Positions 1 through 12,811 of a stretch of DNA of 64,000 bases are shown piece by piece. Made by a program: the position numbers and the translations under genes. The notes below the pieces were generated by a model. That model searched no databases, was not told the origin of the DNA, and was given only the letters and a program-made list of their open reading frames with translations. Each line of letters begins with the position of its first letter. Position 1 is the first letter of the stretch. The stretch is from Tubulanus polymorphus. Its lineage: Eukaryota; Animalia; Nemertea. Location of the stretch: contig NC_134031.1 in the NCBI RefSeq assembly GCF_964204645.1, positions 11,906,088 through 11,970,087 on the forward strand. Direction: 5' to 3'.

Positions 1-149
1 TCCCGTGTGGCTCCTGACGATAACATTGTTAGGGTCATGGTAACCCATGATATTAACAATAACGAAACACCCGCCAAGTACCATGATGCGCATGAGACTC
101 GCGACGGGTCTATTAACTCTGTATTCAACGATCGGGATTCCGCATATTC

Positions 150-900
150 TGACAACTACAAGTGAGATCGTCGACGAAACAATAGGCACAAACATATAGT
201 TATTGCAGGTGATTCAAACCTTAGGTATGAGGATGAAAGTCGTTTCATCAGAGACCAATGTTTTGTAGAAAAGTATGCGGCGTTCACCATGGCAGAATCG
301 CGGGATGTGATAAGGGAATTGCACGATGAACCCGATTGTATCGTTTTACATGTAGGTACCAACGATATAAAGAACACCGGTTGCACCAACAAATGTGTTT
401 TGGAAATGACCGATCTTGCGAATTTTGTGAAAAGCAAATTCCCATGTTCAAAGCTTGTGTCTTTCGTTCGATTCGATCACCACCATTTGGATGTACAATC
501 TCGACTATTCAATGCTACAGTTGAATCAATAGCTGCTGACGATAACTCAACTTTAACATGTCGTCATGAAAATCTCAACAACAGAAGACTCTGCTGACCG
601 TATCCATCTAAGTCGAAATGATGGTGTAAGCCTCTTTCTTTGCCAGGTACCTGGTAGTCGCAGCTCGAAAATCGTTGGACCTTTTTACGCCGAAACGTGT
701 TGGGAAATAACATGATCGAATCATCAAACATACTTCAGATATGTATATGGAATGTGCATGGTCTGAATAATCAGCTTGGAAACAAGCTGATGGACAGCTT
801 TGCCGAAAACAAATAAAACCGTATGATATAATCTGTCTTCAAACACACTAAGATCATGATGCTTGTAATATAGAACAAGTCAATACGTGGCCATGATATA
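150..900 (+). pseudogene. Decayed LINE (CR1/L2-like) fragment: ORF1 SGNH/GDSL esterase domain followed by the start of the APE endonuclease
   Basis: Translates to IVIAGDSNLRY...DCIVLHVGTND (SGNH blocks I and III); WNVHGL near 748 matches the APE N-terminal motif; stops and frameshifts present. Confidence 0.6.
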
Positions 901-1019
901 TAGTTTATTCTCACCACACTCTATGGCAGCACCTGCCAGTAAAAATACATTACATCCTCCTTAAGTATAAAGAATACACCTAATGCAAAATTATATGTAC
1001 CACTAGAGTTATACATCTA

Positions 1020-3003
1020 ATCAGTCGCTCCGCTCCCAATTGATTTAATTTCAATACGCAATATAATAGATTTAATCATCTAATCTAATCATATATCTAA
1101 TAAATCTAATAATATTAATTATTCTGTTAATTATTACCTAGGAATACACACGACTATGAAAATATATTAAAGTTTGGAATTAAAATGACCTTTATGTTGG
1201 TTTTTTTAATTCACTCAACCTTTCAACCTCTGATGTAGAACAACACATTTACAATTACTCTAATATTTATATATGAAAATCATATTTATGAATAATATAT
1301 AATGAAATCAATTTCAATAAAAAATTTATGTAATAAATGGAGAGGGAACAAGTATACAGTGAGAGCAACAAACCATTCTTAGATAGAATTAAAGTTACTA
1401 GAAATGCTAAATCTGTAGATTATGAATTTTAAAAGCTAACAGAATAAACAATTCATAAGAAATATTTAATTACTAATATTGAAACAACTACTATAAATAG
1501 TGTAATAAATTAATAATTCATCAAGAAGATGAAGGATTGAAAGGTAATAAGTATAAATTCAGAACACGTTTACCAAATAGATTTCATAGATTATCTAGTG
1601 AAGATCTAGTAGAAGTATGATCTGGTGATTTCGATTTTATAAATTAAGGTAAGAATGAAAAAGGGCGACATGATATAGATTTCAAATAAACAATATGTAA
1701 AATCAATTTTGATAAAAATTTAATATAATTGATGGAACCAAATAAGAAGAACTACTCTCCACATGTAAACACAATATAGATTAATCTCCAAAAGCAAGAC
1801 ATAATACAACTAAAACACATTTAGAAAATAAATTAAAATTAGAATATAAAGATTATATGTTAGAAACTAAATTAGAAAAATTGAAGAATGAAAAAGAACT
1901 ATATAAATGTGTTACATGTAATCAATCATTCAGTAACAAAAGATATTATGAGCAAAATTTAAAATCTAAAAGTCATATTAGAAATATTAATAATGATATT
2001 TTAGGTGAAGATTATATTTTGATAAAGATAATGATAAGAAACAAAGCATGATTAAAAGAAAAAAAAAATAAATTAAACAATAAAAGGACATACATGGAAG
2101 ATGTTAGAAATTATATTAATTCATTAGATGATAAAAAAAGAAATAGAGATAATGAATAATTATAAAGATGATAATGTAAATGCGTCAAGTTATATCAAAT
2201 TACCATTTAAAACTAATGCTGTTAAAAATGTACAAACTGAAGATAATAAATGTTTTTTATGGTCAATAATTAGTTGCTTTTATCCAACAGAAGATATTAC
2301 ACGTAGTTTTAGATTATCAAATTAAACAATTTGAAAATAATTATAAGATACCATTCATCCTGTTAGAATAAAAAATATTCCAAAAATAGAAAGAGATAAT
2401 AATATAAAAATAACTGTGTACGATTTGATTAAATTACCAAATACAAAAGGAGATAATATAAAACATTATACATTAGAACCTCTATACCTATCAAAAGATT
2501 ATGATTCGATCGATGTTATAGATATATTATATTATGAAAGTTATTATGTGTGGATTAAACGATTTGATTTATTTTTCAAATCAGAAAATGATTTTAATAA
2601 TAAAATATATCTATGTAGAAATTTCTACATAAATTCAGTAATGAAAATCCATTATTAAATCATAAACAATTATCGATTATTGTGAATTAGTTCTATTAAC
2701 AGATAAAGATAATAAATTAGAATTAAAAAATATGATTACAAAAATAAAGTACCATTTGTTATATATGGTGACTTCGAGTCATTGAATAAAGAACTAACTG
2801 ATCGAGATAGAAACGAAATATATTATAAAAGAAAGAAATTAAATTCTGGTGTAATTGATTATTCAGAACCACCAAAGACAAATACTATTGAAAAGATTCA
2901 TCAGTCAGCTGCAGCTTTCGGATTATATGTAAAATCAGACTGTCCAGAATTAATCAAAAGTGAATATTATTATAGAAATGAAAATGTTATTAATCATTTT
3001 TTA
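1020..3003 (+). mobile_element. Degraded Polinton/Maverick end: TIR remnant, small SSB-like gene remnant (~1337-1690) and internally deleted pPolB 5' part (~1731-3003)
   Basis: 1020-1270 resembles the TIR at 13042-13260; ORF pieces (ASSYIKLPFKTNAV, DNKCFLWSII, HQSAAAFGLY) match the pPolB at 29939-32800. Confidence 0.85.
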
Positions 3004-3869
3004 TCTTATATGTTGTAATGGGTCCAAAAATCGAATTTTTGCTAACAAATGAGGTTATAACTTTGACACGAAGTCACGCAATCTACTATGTTTATGTGCA
3101 AAATATAGCTTTATCATGCGGCTAAAATCTGTTGGAAATGTAATTTTGAATATCGCGTTCATTTAAGAGAAATCGACGAATTTGTGGCGATTTCAAGGAG
3201 CATTTTGTTTCATAAAACGGCTAGAAGGCCGATGTACAACGTTACATTGAAGTAAAGTAATTGCTCCCTGCGGTTGGCTGAGCTCCCGCTGTCAATCAAT
3301 GTAAGGGCATATTGGATTGACGCAGACAAACCGGTCTTTTAATCTTCTCATCTATTAATCTGTTCTGTTCTAGTTTCTCATTTCCCAGTCAAGGGAGCGT
3401 CTTATATGTTTATTTTTTAATATGATAGCCGTAGTATCGATTCCGTCTCCCCATATCTATTTCATTATGCAAATAACCGAAGATTCAATCGATACGCTAC
3501 TTCACGGAAGATTATGCGCGCACAATCGAATAGGCCCAAACCTCGTGTATTGCCGCGATGATTGCTGATTAGATTTCGATGATGTTGTTCACCGAAATCA
3601 GCAGATTTTACACATCCATGAAGTTTTCAAGGAAACCTTACAGATGCATCAATCAGATGGCGCCTATACATTACAAAGATAATATTCTGCGCCCGAGATA
3701 TTAAGATCCGTGGATCTCTTGTGTGACTTATTAATTGCATATGAAAAAAAAATTTAATGAATTATTAGATACAAATAACATAATGTCCTTATCTGGACAA
3801 TTTTACATTGCTCCGCATAGATAAACAAGGGTAGTGATCTATTAGATTCCTAATGTAATAGAAAGATCA

Positions 3870-4056
3870 CAAATTCAAATTCAATTTTATTGCGCAAAAT
3901 TTCAGGAAACCACTTCAAAATGACTAATTAATCCCGTTAGATCATTGAAATTGTATTCTATGTGGGTCTTATGACAGGGATTGTATTTTAAACTACCGAA
4001 ACCGTCGCGAATATATTCCTCGGAAAGTTTGCGCAATAAAATTGAATTTGAATTTG
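3870..4056. repeat. MITE-like element with 29-bp perfect inverted repeats
   Basis: caaattcaaattcaattttattgcgcaaa (3870-3898) and its reverse complement (4028-4056). Confidence 0.6.
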
Positions 4057-4689
4057 CATTTGTATCTAACCGATTAGCTTTCCGTTTTTCTGTAAATTTT
4101 GCTCTCCCAAACTCAGAAAACGTTCATTTGATGAATATATTCTGGTTATGAGCAAAATATAAGATGTTGTGCTTCGATTGATGTATCGTTTGTTGGATTT
4201 AGACGCTGAAATCACCACGAGCTCTTCACTTGAAGTTGAAAGGTAGAGGATCTTTGCTGCCATGGATATTTTGGGGGTCTCCGGCACATTTAATCGCGAT
4301 TTTGAGTGGTGAAACGTTATCAACTGGCCTCCAAGTAGACATATTTAGAAAATACAGGATGTTTTGAACAATTTAAAACATCCTTTGGATATTTTAGGAG
4401 TTAGCAGTTTTAAATCGAAGTGTCTGTATAGGAGTTTCTACCCTTTTTTTAAATATATTTAGTACCAGGGATACTGGATGATCTAAGCTACAGTTCACCC
4501 CCGAACTTCAAATACGAGCCCCTGTGGGTTTTAGATTACTTTTATCTCGAACTACATCCCCTATAGTTTGTCGTTTGCCTTGTTTGTTTTCTTCCTTAGT
4601 GTTCCAGTTTCTGTTGTTTAATTATTTTAATCTGAATCCTTTTATCTTAATCATTTGTTCTATTCTTGTATAAGTATCCTGTTCTTTCA

Positions 4690-5201
4690 TTTTGTTCTCA
4701 GCACGCCTGATGATAGCCCACAGTTGTTAGCCGACACGTCGCTCCTCAAATATAATAATTCTGCTAGAGAATTTTTCAATCTTGGCTTCGTTATCGTGGG
4801 ATTTCTCTCGTTATCATCATAAACGGATATTGTGTATCTTCCCGTCCCATCATGTTTCCCACGGATCGTAAAATCGTTCTTCAATTCTTCTTCATAACTT
4901 TTCCGCATCTCATCTATTGTTTTCGCACTTATGAAAACGGCACATACAAGCAAAAACTGCGAAAACCAAAGTGAAATTCCTTCAAGATTGCCTCCACGAA
5001 AAAGTGATTCCCCGTTCTTTGAATTGGATCATGAAATTTGATGCGCACCCTCCGTTTCCGCAGCAAGCAAGTTTTCAACTCAAAACAGCCATCAGTAAAG
5101 CTAAAGACGATTGCGACTTTCATTTCTTCAGATCGCGGCAGGCTTACAATAATCTTAGATCACAACTTCCGGACCCGCATCTATTCCATTTACTCTCGTA
5201 A
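4690..5201 (+). mobile_element. Penelope-like element fragment (pseudo-LTR region and ORF N-terminus)
   Basis: FLQDCLHEKVIPRSL resembles the conserved Penelope N-terminal motif; upstream ctgatga...gacacgtc resembles a decayed hammerhead core. Confidence 0.5.
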
Positions 5202-5369
5202 ATAAATTCTCGCACACTCGAATTTATTTTTCATTTTTTACTCACTCGCCCTCTCAACCTTTAATCTAGAACAACTTATTCCCTATTACTCTTAAAATAT
5301 TCATATATATGAATATGAATAACTTCTAAAATCAATTTTAATAAAAAATATGTTATTAAAATGGAGAGC

Positions 5370-6023
5370 AAACAAATACACAGTGAATTCTCAAATAGAA
5401 TGTAATTCTTTTTATAATGTATCGGATAAAACTCTTGAACATAGAGCCTTTTTAATTCATATTAGAAATATAAATAAATGGTTTCATCTATTCTTAAAAC
5501 CAGGATTATATGATTTAGAAACATTAGCACAATCAATTAACCGAAGAGCACGATTAAAACTTAGAAGTGAAGATAAATTTTCAATTAGATTTATAAAAAG
5601 TGATAGTTCTGATAAAATTAAAATAAAGTTAGATGATGAAAGCAAACATGCATTTATGGTAAGAAAACCTTTAGCTAAACTGTTAGGAATTAAACCACAA
5701 ACTGTTACAGGAAACGTAGATGGTAATTCAAATTTAATGACTTTCACACACTTTTATATTTATTGCAATTTAATCGATCCTACAAAAACATTCGAAGCAT
5801 TAAAGATATAACTTGTAATTCTAGTATATTAAACGTTTTACCATTGAAGAATGTTAAAGAATTTGGAACACAAATAAATTATAATTTAACAGAATGTGAT
5901 TTCAAACCATGCATTCCTCGTTTTAATAATTTTAGATTAGAAATTATAAATCATAATGGATATTAAATTGATTTGAATAACTTTCCTGTGATATATGAAT
6001 TAGTTATAAGATGTAGAGAGTAA
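5370..6023 (+). pseudogene. Polinton minor capsid (penton-like) pseudogene, 5'-deleted and frameshifted
   Basis: CNSFYNVSDK, LKPGLYDLE, FYIYCNLID, SSILNVLPL; paralogous to 27617-28371. Confidence 0.7.
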
Positions 6024-6040
6024 TTTTTTTCACTATATAA

Positions 6041-6352
6041 ATGAATATAACTGTTGGACCGAGTATATGTTTTGGGTTTGATTTTAAACATGGTAAAGAA
6101 ATGAGAATTAAACTTAATGATGTAATTACTGATATAAAAAGTAAATCATTTAACAATGCATCAATGATTAATAAAGAAAATTATGATGAAGAAAAAGTAA
6201 TTGATTTAATTAAAACACCTTTAGAATATTATGAATTAACTGAAGATGGAATTATTGATGATATTAAAAACATATTATCCAAAATATATAATAATAATAA
6301 AACTAATAATGAAATAAATGTTGAAATAATCATAACTAAGATAAATAAATGA
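6041..6352 (+). CDS. Polinton hypothetical protein (paralog of 27244-27600)
   Basis: Shared N-terminus MNITVGPSICFGFDFK. Confidence 0.7.
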   Translation: MNITVGPSICFGFDFKHGKEMRIKLNDVITDIKSKSFNNASMINKENYDEEKVIDLIKTPLEYYELTEDGIIDDIKNILSKIYNNNKTNNEINVEIIITKINK

Positions 6353-6932
6353 GTGATAATAAGTGGATAATAAGTTGATTATATAATAGAGCCTTACTAT
6401 CTGTTGGTTATTCAATGGTATTAAAAAAAGTATTTAAAATGGGAAGTGTTAATGTTGATAGATTTGATATAAATGATATTATGAAATTAACATTAGCAGT
6501 TACTTTATCTAAATTAACTATAAACACATTATATCATTCGAAAATGGAATTATTAAATTCATGGAATCAATTGTAAAGCTGAAAAAAGAACAACGGTTAT
6601 GCTTCGGTCAAAGGAATGATAGATAATTTGTTACCTAGCAGTGCGGGTTTGCATAGAACGTGTGATTCAGCTATTAGCACTGACCGAGGCTACAATATTG
6701 TAACCTAGGTCGGTTCACTGCACAACTTTTTTTGTAAACAGTGACCGAGGCTACAATATTGTAGCCTAGGTCGGTTCACTGCATGACATTTGCTTTCGAT
6801 TACTGGCCCAACCCCAGTCGGTTGTTTTTACAGTATTTGAAGTACTGGCCAATTGAATGTTACCATAGATAAACAGTATTTTGAAGATATGGGGACAGAG
6901 ACAATCTGTTTTTATTTCGTCTTGAGAAGGTC

Positions 6933-7655
6933 CTACTGTTCGCTATTCTGTGTCAAAATATGAATTGAAATATAAAGGATGGAGTTAGTTTCCTTTCCCG
7001 ATACTGTATTTATGCTTTTAATCATGAAGGATAATTGTGTTATAGCAATTATAGTGATTTTAGTTAATTTTTTTTCTGATTCATTTTCTGTTTCACCGTT
7101 TGGGTGTCGTACGGCGCCATCTGTTTCGTTCTTACCTGATTTATATTCTATAGGCTTGATATTCGAAAATGTTATGACACCAGTAGAAATTAATGTAATA
7201 ACCGATCCTAATTGGAATGAAGCGTATCCAAACCATTTTTGTAATTCAGTCATAACTAAGTAGTCATTTTTCAAATCACTATATAATTTATTTTCATCAT
7301 CAATTGATATTAACCAGTTACATAATTTTGAATAACATTTTATAATACCATCTGAAATAGAATCATTTATTCGGGCTAATCTTGCCTCTCCATAAATCTT
7401 AAAATATTTTATTACTTAATCTGGTTTCATAGAGTCTAATTCTTGAAAAGTAAAACTTCTATTTAAAAACTCTTTAGATTTTCCACTGGCAATTAATAAT
7501 TCAAGATGGTGCTTACAATATAAATAGTATTCATAATCAATATTGTTATTAACTTCAACACAATTAGTTACAACTGTATCTTTATTTTCTGTAATACCTA
7601 AATCATCTAATGTTTTTTCAATATTAATACTATTCTTATTAGATTTCTTTGACAT
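6933..7655 (-). pseudogene. Polinton hypothetical membrane-associated protein with an internal stop
   Basis: MSKKSNKNSINIEKTLDDL matches the truncated start at 17116; TAAATG start; hydrophobic segment FQLGSVITLISTGVITF. Confidence 0.55.
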
Positions 7656-8261
7656 TTATATAGGAGAAAAAAACAAGAAAAATATTATAAGTATTATAAA
7701 ATGATACTAGCTAGTTAAAGTTAAAGAATTCTAGTATTGACTACTGATACTAGCTATTTGAATTTAAAGAATTTCTATTTGAATCTATTCAAAATATAAA
7801 GTATTCTCCTTTGGAAAAGAAAATATTAAAAATATAATAGAATTCACTGGTTAGTTGAAATTATTGTTTTTTAAATACTTTTTATTTAAATTAGGATTTA
7901 GATTATCTCACTACTATTGTTTATCTATTAGGAGAAGTAATTATAACTGTCCAGGTAAGTCATTTCGAATCCTCGATAATAAATCCTCAAACTGAAAATA
8001 AATTCAAAGAAACGACTGGTGGAATTACTATTTCATAAACACATATATTTCATTCTACAATCATTATCGATTTCTGAATGTGTTTCTTTGTTGAATAATT
8101 TATTTTATTATCTAATTCACATTTAGAACACTTCTTGTAGTATATATTTATAACACCAGTGTTATTTGTAATATTGATAGTTTGTGATTGTTCTGGTTCC
8201 ATTTTAATATCAATTTTTTTTACTAAATTGATTTTAGAAGTTATTCATTTATATGTTATTC

Positions 8262-8264
<3 letters not shown>

Positions 8265-8325
<61 letters not shown>
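8265..8325. repeat. (TA)n microsatellite inside the Polinton TIR
   Basis: Direct reading. Confidence 0.95.
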
Positions 8326-8328
<3 letters not shown>

Positions 8329-8489
8329 TATTTTAAGAGTAATAGGGAATGAGTTGTCTCAGGCTAAAGGTTGAAGGGGCGAGTGGGTAAAAAATGAAAA
8401 ATAAATTCGAGCGTGCGAGAATTTATTTTTTATTTTTTATGAGCTCGACCCTTCGACCTTTGGCCTGAAACAACTTATTCCCTATTACT

Positions 8490-8712
8490 AATGTGGAACA
8501 AAACAAATTTATGGTAAGAAAACCATTAGCTAAACTGTTAGGACTTATACCAAATAAAACTTATACAAATGTTGATTCTACACCAAATATAATGCCTTTT
8601 ACACACTTTTATATTCATTGCAATTTAATTGACCCAACAAAAACTTTCGAAGCAACTAAAGATACAATTTGTAATTCTGGTTTATTAACTATTTTACCAC
8701 TAAAAATGTTAA
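8490..8712 (+). pseudogene. Isolated fragment of another Polinton minor capsid gene
   Basis: FMVRKPLAKLLG...FYIHCNLIDPTKTF...LTILPL. Confidence 0.7.
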
Positions 8713-9680
8713 GGGAATTGTGACAGGTTTTTTTTCAAACTTGATTTTTTAATATTTTTGATCATTAAAATATAAACCATTAAACCTATATTTCATATCC
8801 CTACGCTAAAAATAACTTCTAGTACAAATTGTTGTGATTTGGAGCAGTTTGAAAATAATACGAAGTTTGCTTTGATTAGCCACGTGGTGTTGTTGTTATC
8901 GTTGTTTTTGTTTTTAAAACAATGGCGGTTAATGAAGAACGCCGTAGTACACACCCCGACTCGGAAAATACTGATTCCTGGGAGGATTTCACCGGTGCTT
9001 TCGAGCTAGAAGACGAAGAAATACCGATTGGAGCTATTGCTGGTTAAATGCCACCGCATTTATACGAACCTGACGATGACGATGAAAGCGAAAGACCAGA
9101 GGATCGTCCAGATCGCATTTGGCGTTTAGAATTAGACAATGTAGACAAGTGGTAAGATTTTATGTCCAACTTATTCCTACGCTTTCTAATATTTGTAATT
9201 TTTGATCAAAGAATCGTCAGCTATTGAATTCGCTTAAATAATACTATTTTACCTACACCGGCGCCACGTGGTAGGCCGCGGCATGGAAATTTTCATTATA
9301 TGAATTTCTCAACGTTCGTATTTTTTTCAATGTTCTCACATCGATAAAAGTTCTATAAATCAATTTTTAATATTTTGATTGCTTTTAGAAGTTTCGATGG
9401 CAATGTTTATGTCTTGAAATTTAGGGATTATAATCGGGATGTGTCGTGTGTGTCGGCTTGACATTTGAATTAACGCTGAGCTACGACTAGCGCCATCTAT
9501 CGATCTAGATTGAATCTGTTGTCAATTGTTTACTGCTAGTGCTGTCAAATCTTTCGACATGTCTTTTATGTCTAGTAAGAAGCCAAGTTATAACAGGCTC
9601 CTATGCTCTTATTTTTCAGGTGCCAATGTAAACAGATTCTCCACACTGAAGCAGAATGTGTATGTTGTCAAGAAAAGAGC
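8713..9680 (+). mobile_element. Kolobok-like DNA transposon end carrying a spliced P2X7-ballast/nanor-like Cys-rich pseudogene (exons 8922-9151 and 9620-~9676)
   Basis: TTAA|GG junction; PPHLYEP acidic tract then W|CQCKQILHTEAECVCCQE joined in frame across a gtaag...ttttcag intron; one in-frame stop. Confidence 0.45.
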
Positions 9681-9926
9681 GGTGTTGTCATATCGCGGAA
9701 AGATATGACATAAATATGACGACTTGTCGAGTTGGAACGCGACATCTCGAGGCCCCTTATCGCTTCCGTATTTTAGATTAGACCCCTTAGGGGTGCCTAG
9801 TGGCTGGGTATTTCTATGAATTGTTTATAATCCATTTTAGATCATTACCATATTTGGTATGAATATTCTATTCGTTACAGCAGCAGTTACTTCGTACATT
9901 AGTTGTGCCTAGATTGATCCTTTGAG

Positions 9927-10275
9927 TATGGAAGTGATAAGGGGCCTCCAGTTGTTGCGTTGCAACTCGACAAAGCGCCATATTTATGTCGAGATGTCAC
10001 GATATATCACGTCAAGTCGACATGAATATGTCGAAATATGAAGTTTTGACGACATATCGTTTTCGTTTTCTTGGCCATTTTCCTCGTGACAAGTCGATAT
10101 ATTCATGAAGACTTGATACTCAGTCGTCATATTACTGACATCCTCGTCTTAACATTTTGACATCTCATCAAATGACGACTTGTTCCGTAGAAAATTGATG
10201 AAAAAGCAAAATTTGTCATCAATAAGACCTGTTGAGTTGGAACACGACAACTAGAGGCCCTTTATCGCTTCAGTA
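9927..10275. mobile_element. IS3EU-like MITE (TAYGG...CNGTA termini, 6-bp TSD); a further end fragment lies at ~9690-9770
   Basis: TIR tatggaagtgataaggggcctc / gaggccctttatcgcttcagta; flanks tttgag / cttgag. Confidence 0.7.
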
Positions 10276-10740
10276 CTTGAGGGTACCCTTGTTAATTGGG
10301 CTATTAGATAAATTGATTGATGGCAAATTTTACAAAACGCAGCAGTGCTCTATCAACAAACAGGCTGACAATTGTGATGACCTGGTCTTACCGATCATAT
10401 ATTTATGTTTATATTCATGTATAGCTGCTACCCGAAGACACGGACGATGACTCTGATTTTGATGATCTCCCACTATTAACTATTAGACAAAGCAGAAACA
10501 CAAATGCTGTAGGTGTTGTTAACAAGGAAAACTCCCCGAACTCGCCTGTATTTCATGTTCTTAATACAGTACCAACCGGGAATTCAACGTGGTCTGAAAC
10601 AAATCAGGTAAAATATCCAATTCTTGTGTTTTAAGCCTTATCACGAGGTATAGCTCCAACAGATGAATAATTGTCTCTGCTAGTACCAGGACACAGTAAT
10701 TTCATATTTAGAGGCAGTTATGATTATGAGTTATTAAGAA

Positions 10741-12021
10741 TTTTTAGCCCACTTGGGACTTTAGTCCCAGCGGGCTATTGCGTTCACTTTTCGTCCGTTG
10801 TCCGTCCGTCCGTTCGTCCGTCCGTCCGTAGACGGAATCCAGTTATTTTGGGAAGTTTTGAAGACGCTTCAAGGTAATGTCTTGATATTTGGTTTATACA
10901 TGAATCTACCCTAGACACATCTTCAGCCCAAAAACTGGCCCTATCAGAATCAAGATGGCCGACTGGCAGCCATTGTTGTTCGCCAAAATCAGCACTTTTT
11001 ACACATTTTCGAAGTTTACGAGGGAAATTTTGAAGACGATATGATCAGTTACCTTGATCTTTCGAATATATTTGAATCTACCAAGGGCCCATCAGCATAA
11101 GAAAAATTGGGTCCATCTGACTCAAGATGGCCGACCTATGACCTTTTTAGTGCCCAAAAATGTCAATTTTGGCCAGAATTCTAGGTCCTGTAGCTTCCTA
11201 CTGGTTTGCCATTTCTCATTTCAATTTGTGATGGGTATTCTTTGTAAAGGGATGTTTTATACCTGAGATAGGTATTTTTGATCCTCCAATTATGACGCAA
11301 TTGGCGGCCATCTTGGTGTCATTAGTACTCATTCGTAGGTGGGAAAAAGTTTTTCGACATTATATTGTTACCTAAGCATATTATGTTACAACAATGAATT
11401 AGAAAGTTGTAGCGTATAACGTGTTCTATGATTGGGGCGAGTTTCAAGTTCATTGTTTTTTGTATATGGCCACCAAGGGGCGTTGAATAATACAATATCT
11501 TAATATTTCTATATTATATTTGTACCAATACATATTTTGTTACCGCAATCAATTGCAAAGTTGTAGCTCATGACATCATCTATGATTGTGGTGAGTTTAA
11601 AGGAAATTAGTTATTCTATATGGTCACCAGGGGGCGTTGAATAGTAGAATAACCTGGTATTTCCTTATTATATTGGTACCTAGGCATATTTTGTTACCAT
11701 GATCAACTGCATAGTTGTAGTTCATGACATGTTCTATGAATATGGTGAGTTACAAGGTTATTGGGTTTTGAATATGGTCACCAGGGGGCGTTGAATAGTA
11801 GATTAACTTAGTATTTCCATATTAAATTAGTAACGAGGAATTTTTTGTTATCACAATCAATTACAAAATCGTAGCTGCTGACATGTTTTATGATTGTATT
11901 GAGTTTCAAGGTCATTGGTTTTTGTATATGGTCACCAGAGGGCGTTGAATATTGAAATTGTTAGATTGTTGAGCATTTGAAACCACTTCCCAAGTGGGCA
12001 TGGTGTCCCTGGACCCCTAGT
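10741..12021 (+). mobile_element. Helentron-associated non-autonomous element (HINE/DINE-1-like) with central ~120-bp tandem repeats
   Basis: TT target; subterminal inverted repeat cccacttggga/tcccaagtggg; (GTCC)n microsatellite; 3' stem-loop gtcc-ct-ggac; repeats of ggtcaccagggggcgttgaata. Confidence 0.7.
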
Positions 12022-12811
12022 TATGGAAGCGATAAATTGCCTCCCAAGCTGTCATATTTATGTCAATATATCGCGCCAAGTCAACATGAATATGTCGACA
12101 TATCGCGACGTTTTGACGACATATTTTGTTTTCACGACCATTTTCCTCGCGACAAGTCGACATATTCATGACGACTTGAAACTCAGTCGTCATATCACTA
12201 GCTTCCTCATCTTACATTTAGACGTGTCTTCAAATGACGGCTTGTCCCGTGGAAAATGGGCGAAAAAGCGAAATTTGTCGTGAAAACGTCACGATATGTC
12301 GACATATTCATGTCGACTTGACGCGATATATCGCGATATATCGACATAAATATGGCGACTTGTCGAGTTGGAACGCGACATCTCGAGGCCCTTTATCGCT
12401 TCCGTACGATCGACCATCAAATACAGCCACTACGGTAGCCATCTTGAATTTGTCAGCACAATGTCGATATGTCGACATATCCCGTCAAGCCGACATAAAT
12501 GTCGACATATCGTGACGTTTTTACGACAAATTTCGCTTTTTCGCCCATTTTCCACGGGACAAGCCGTCATTTGAAGACAAGTCGAAATGTGAGATGAGGA
12601 CGCCAGTAATATGATGACTGAGTTTCAAGTCGTCATGAATATGTCGACTTGTCGCGAGGAAAATGGTCGAGAAAACGAAATATGTCGTCAAAACATCACG
12701 ATATGTCGACATATTCAGATCGACTTGAGGCGATATATCCTGATATATTGATATAAGTATGACAATTTGTCGAGTTGGAAAGCACGATAACTGGAGGTTA
12801 TCGCTTCCGTA
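12022..12811. mobile_element. Two adjacent IS3EU-like MITE copies in opposite orientation (12022-12406 and ~12460-12811)
   Basis: Same ~110-bp TIR ending ttatcgcttccgta; GTCGAC-rich body. Confidence 0.75.

Larger units (their letters stand above)
5202..8489 (+). mobile_element. Non-autonomous ~3.3-kb Polinton deletion derivative retaining both termini
   Basis: 5202-5310 is the reverse complement of ~8320-8425; ends in ...ccctattact; internal segments are homologous to genes from both ends of the 13042-33443 element. Confidence 0.8.

Noticed and set aside
8159-8374. ORF with YIYIYI run
   Set aside because: Translation of a (TA)n microsatellite.
11380-11950. CRISPR-like array (also 26560-26860 and 43380-43700)
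   Set aside because: Whole units are homologous tandem repeats with no unique spacers, there are no cas genes, and the context is eukaryotic.
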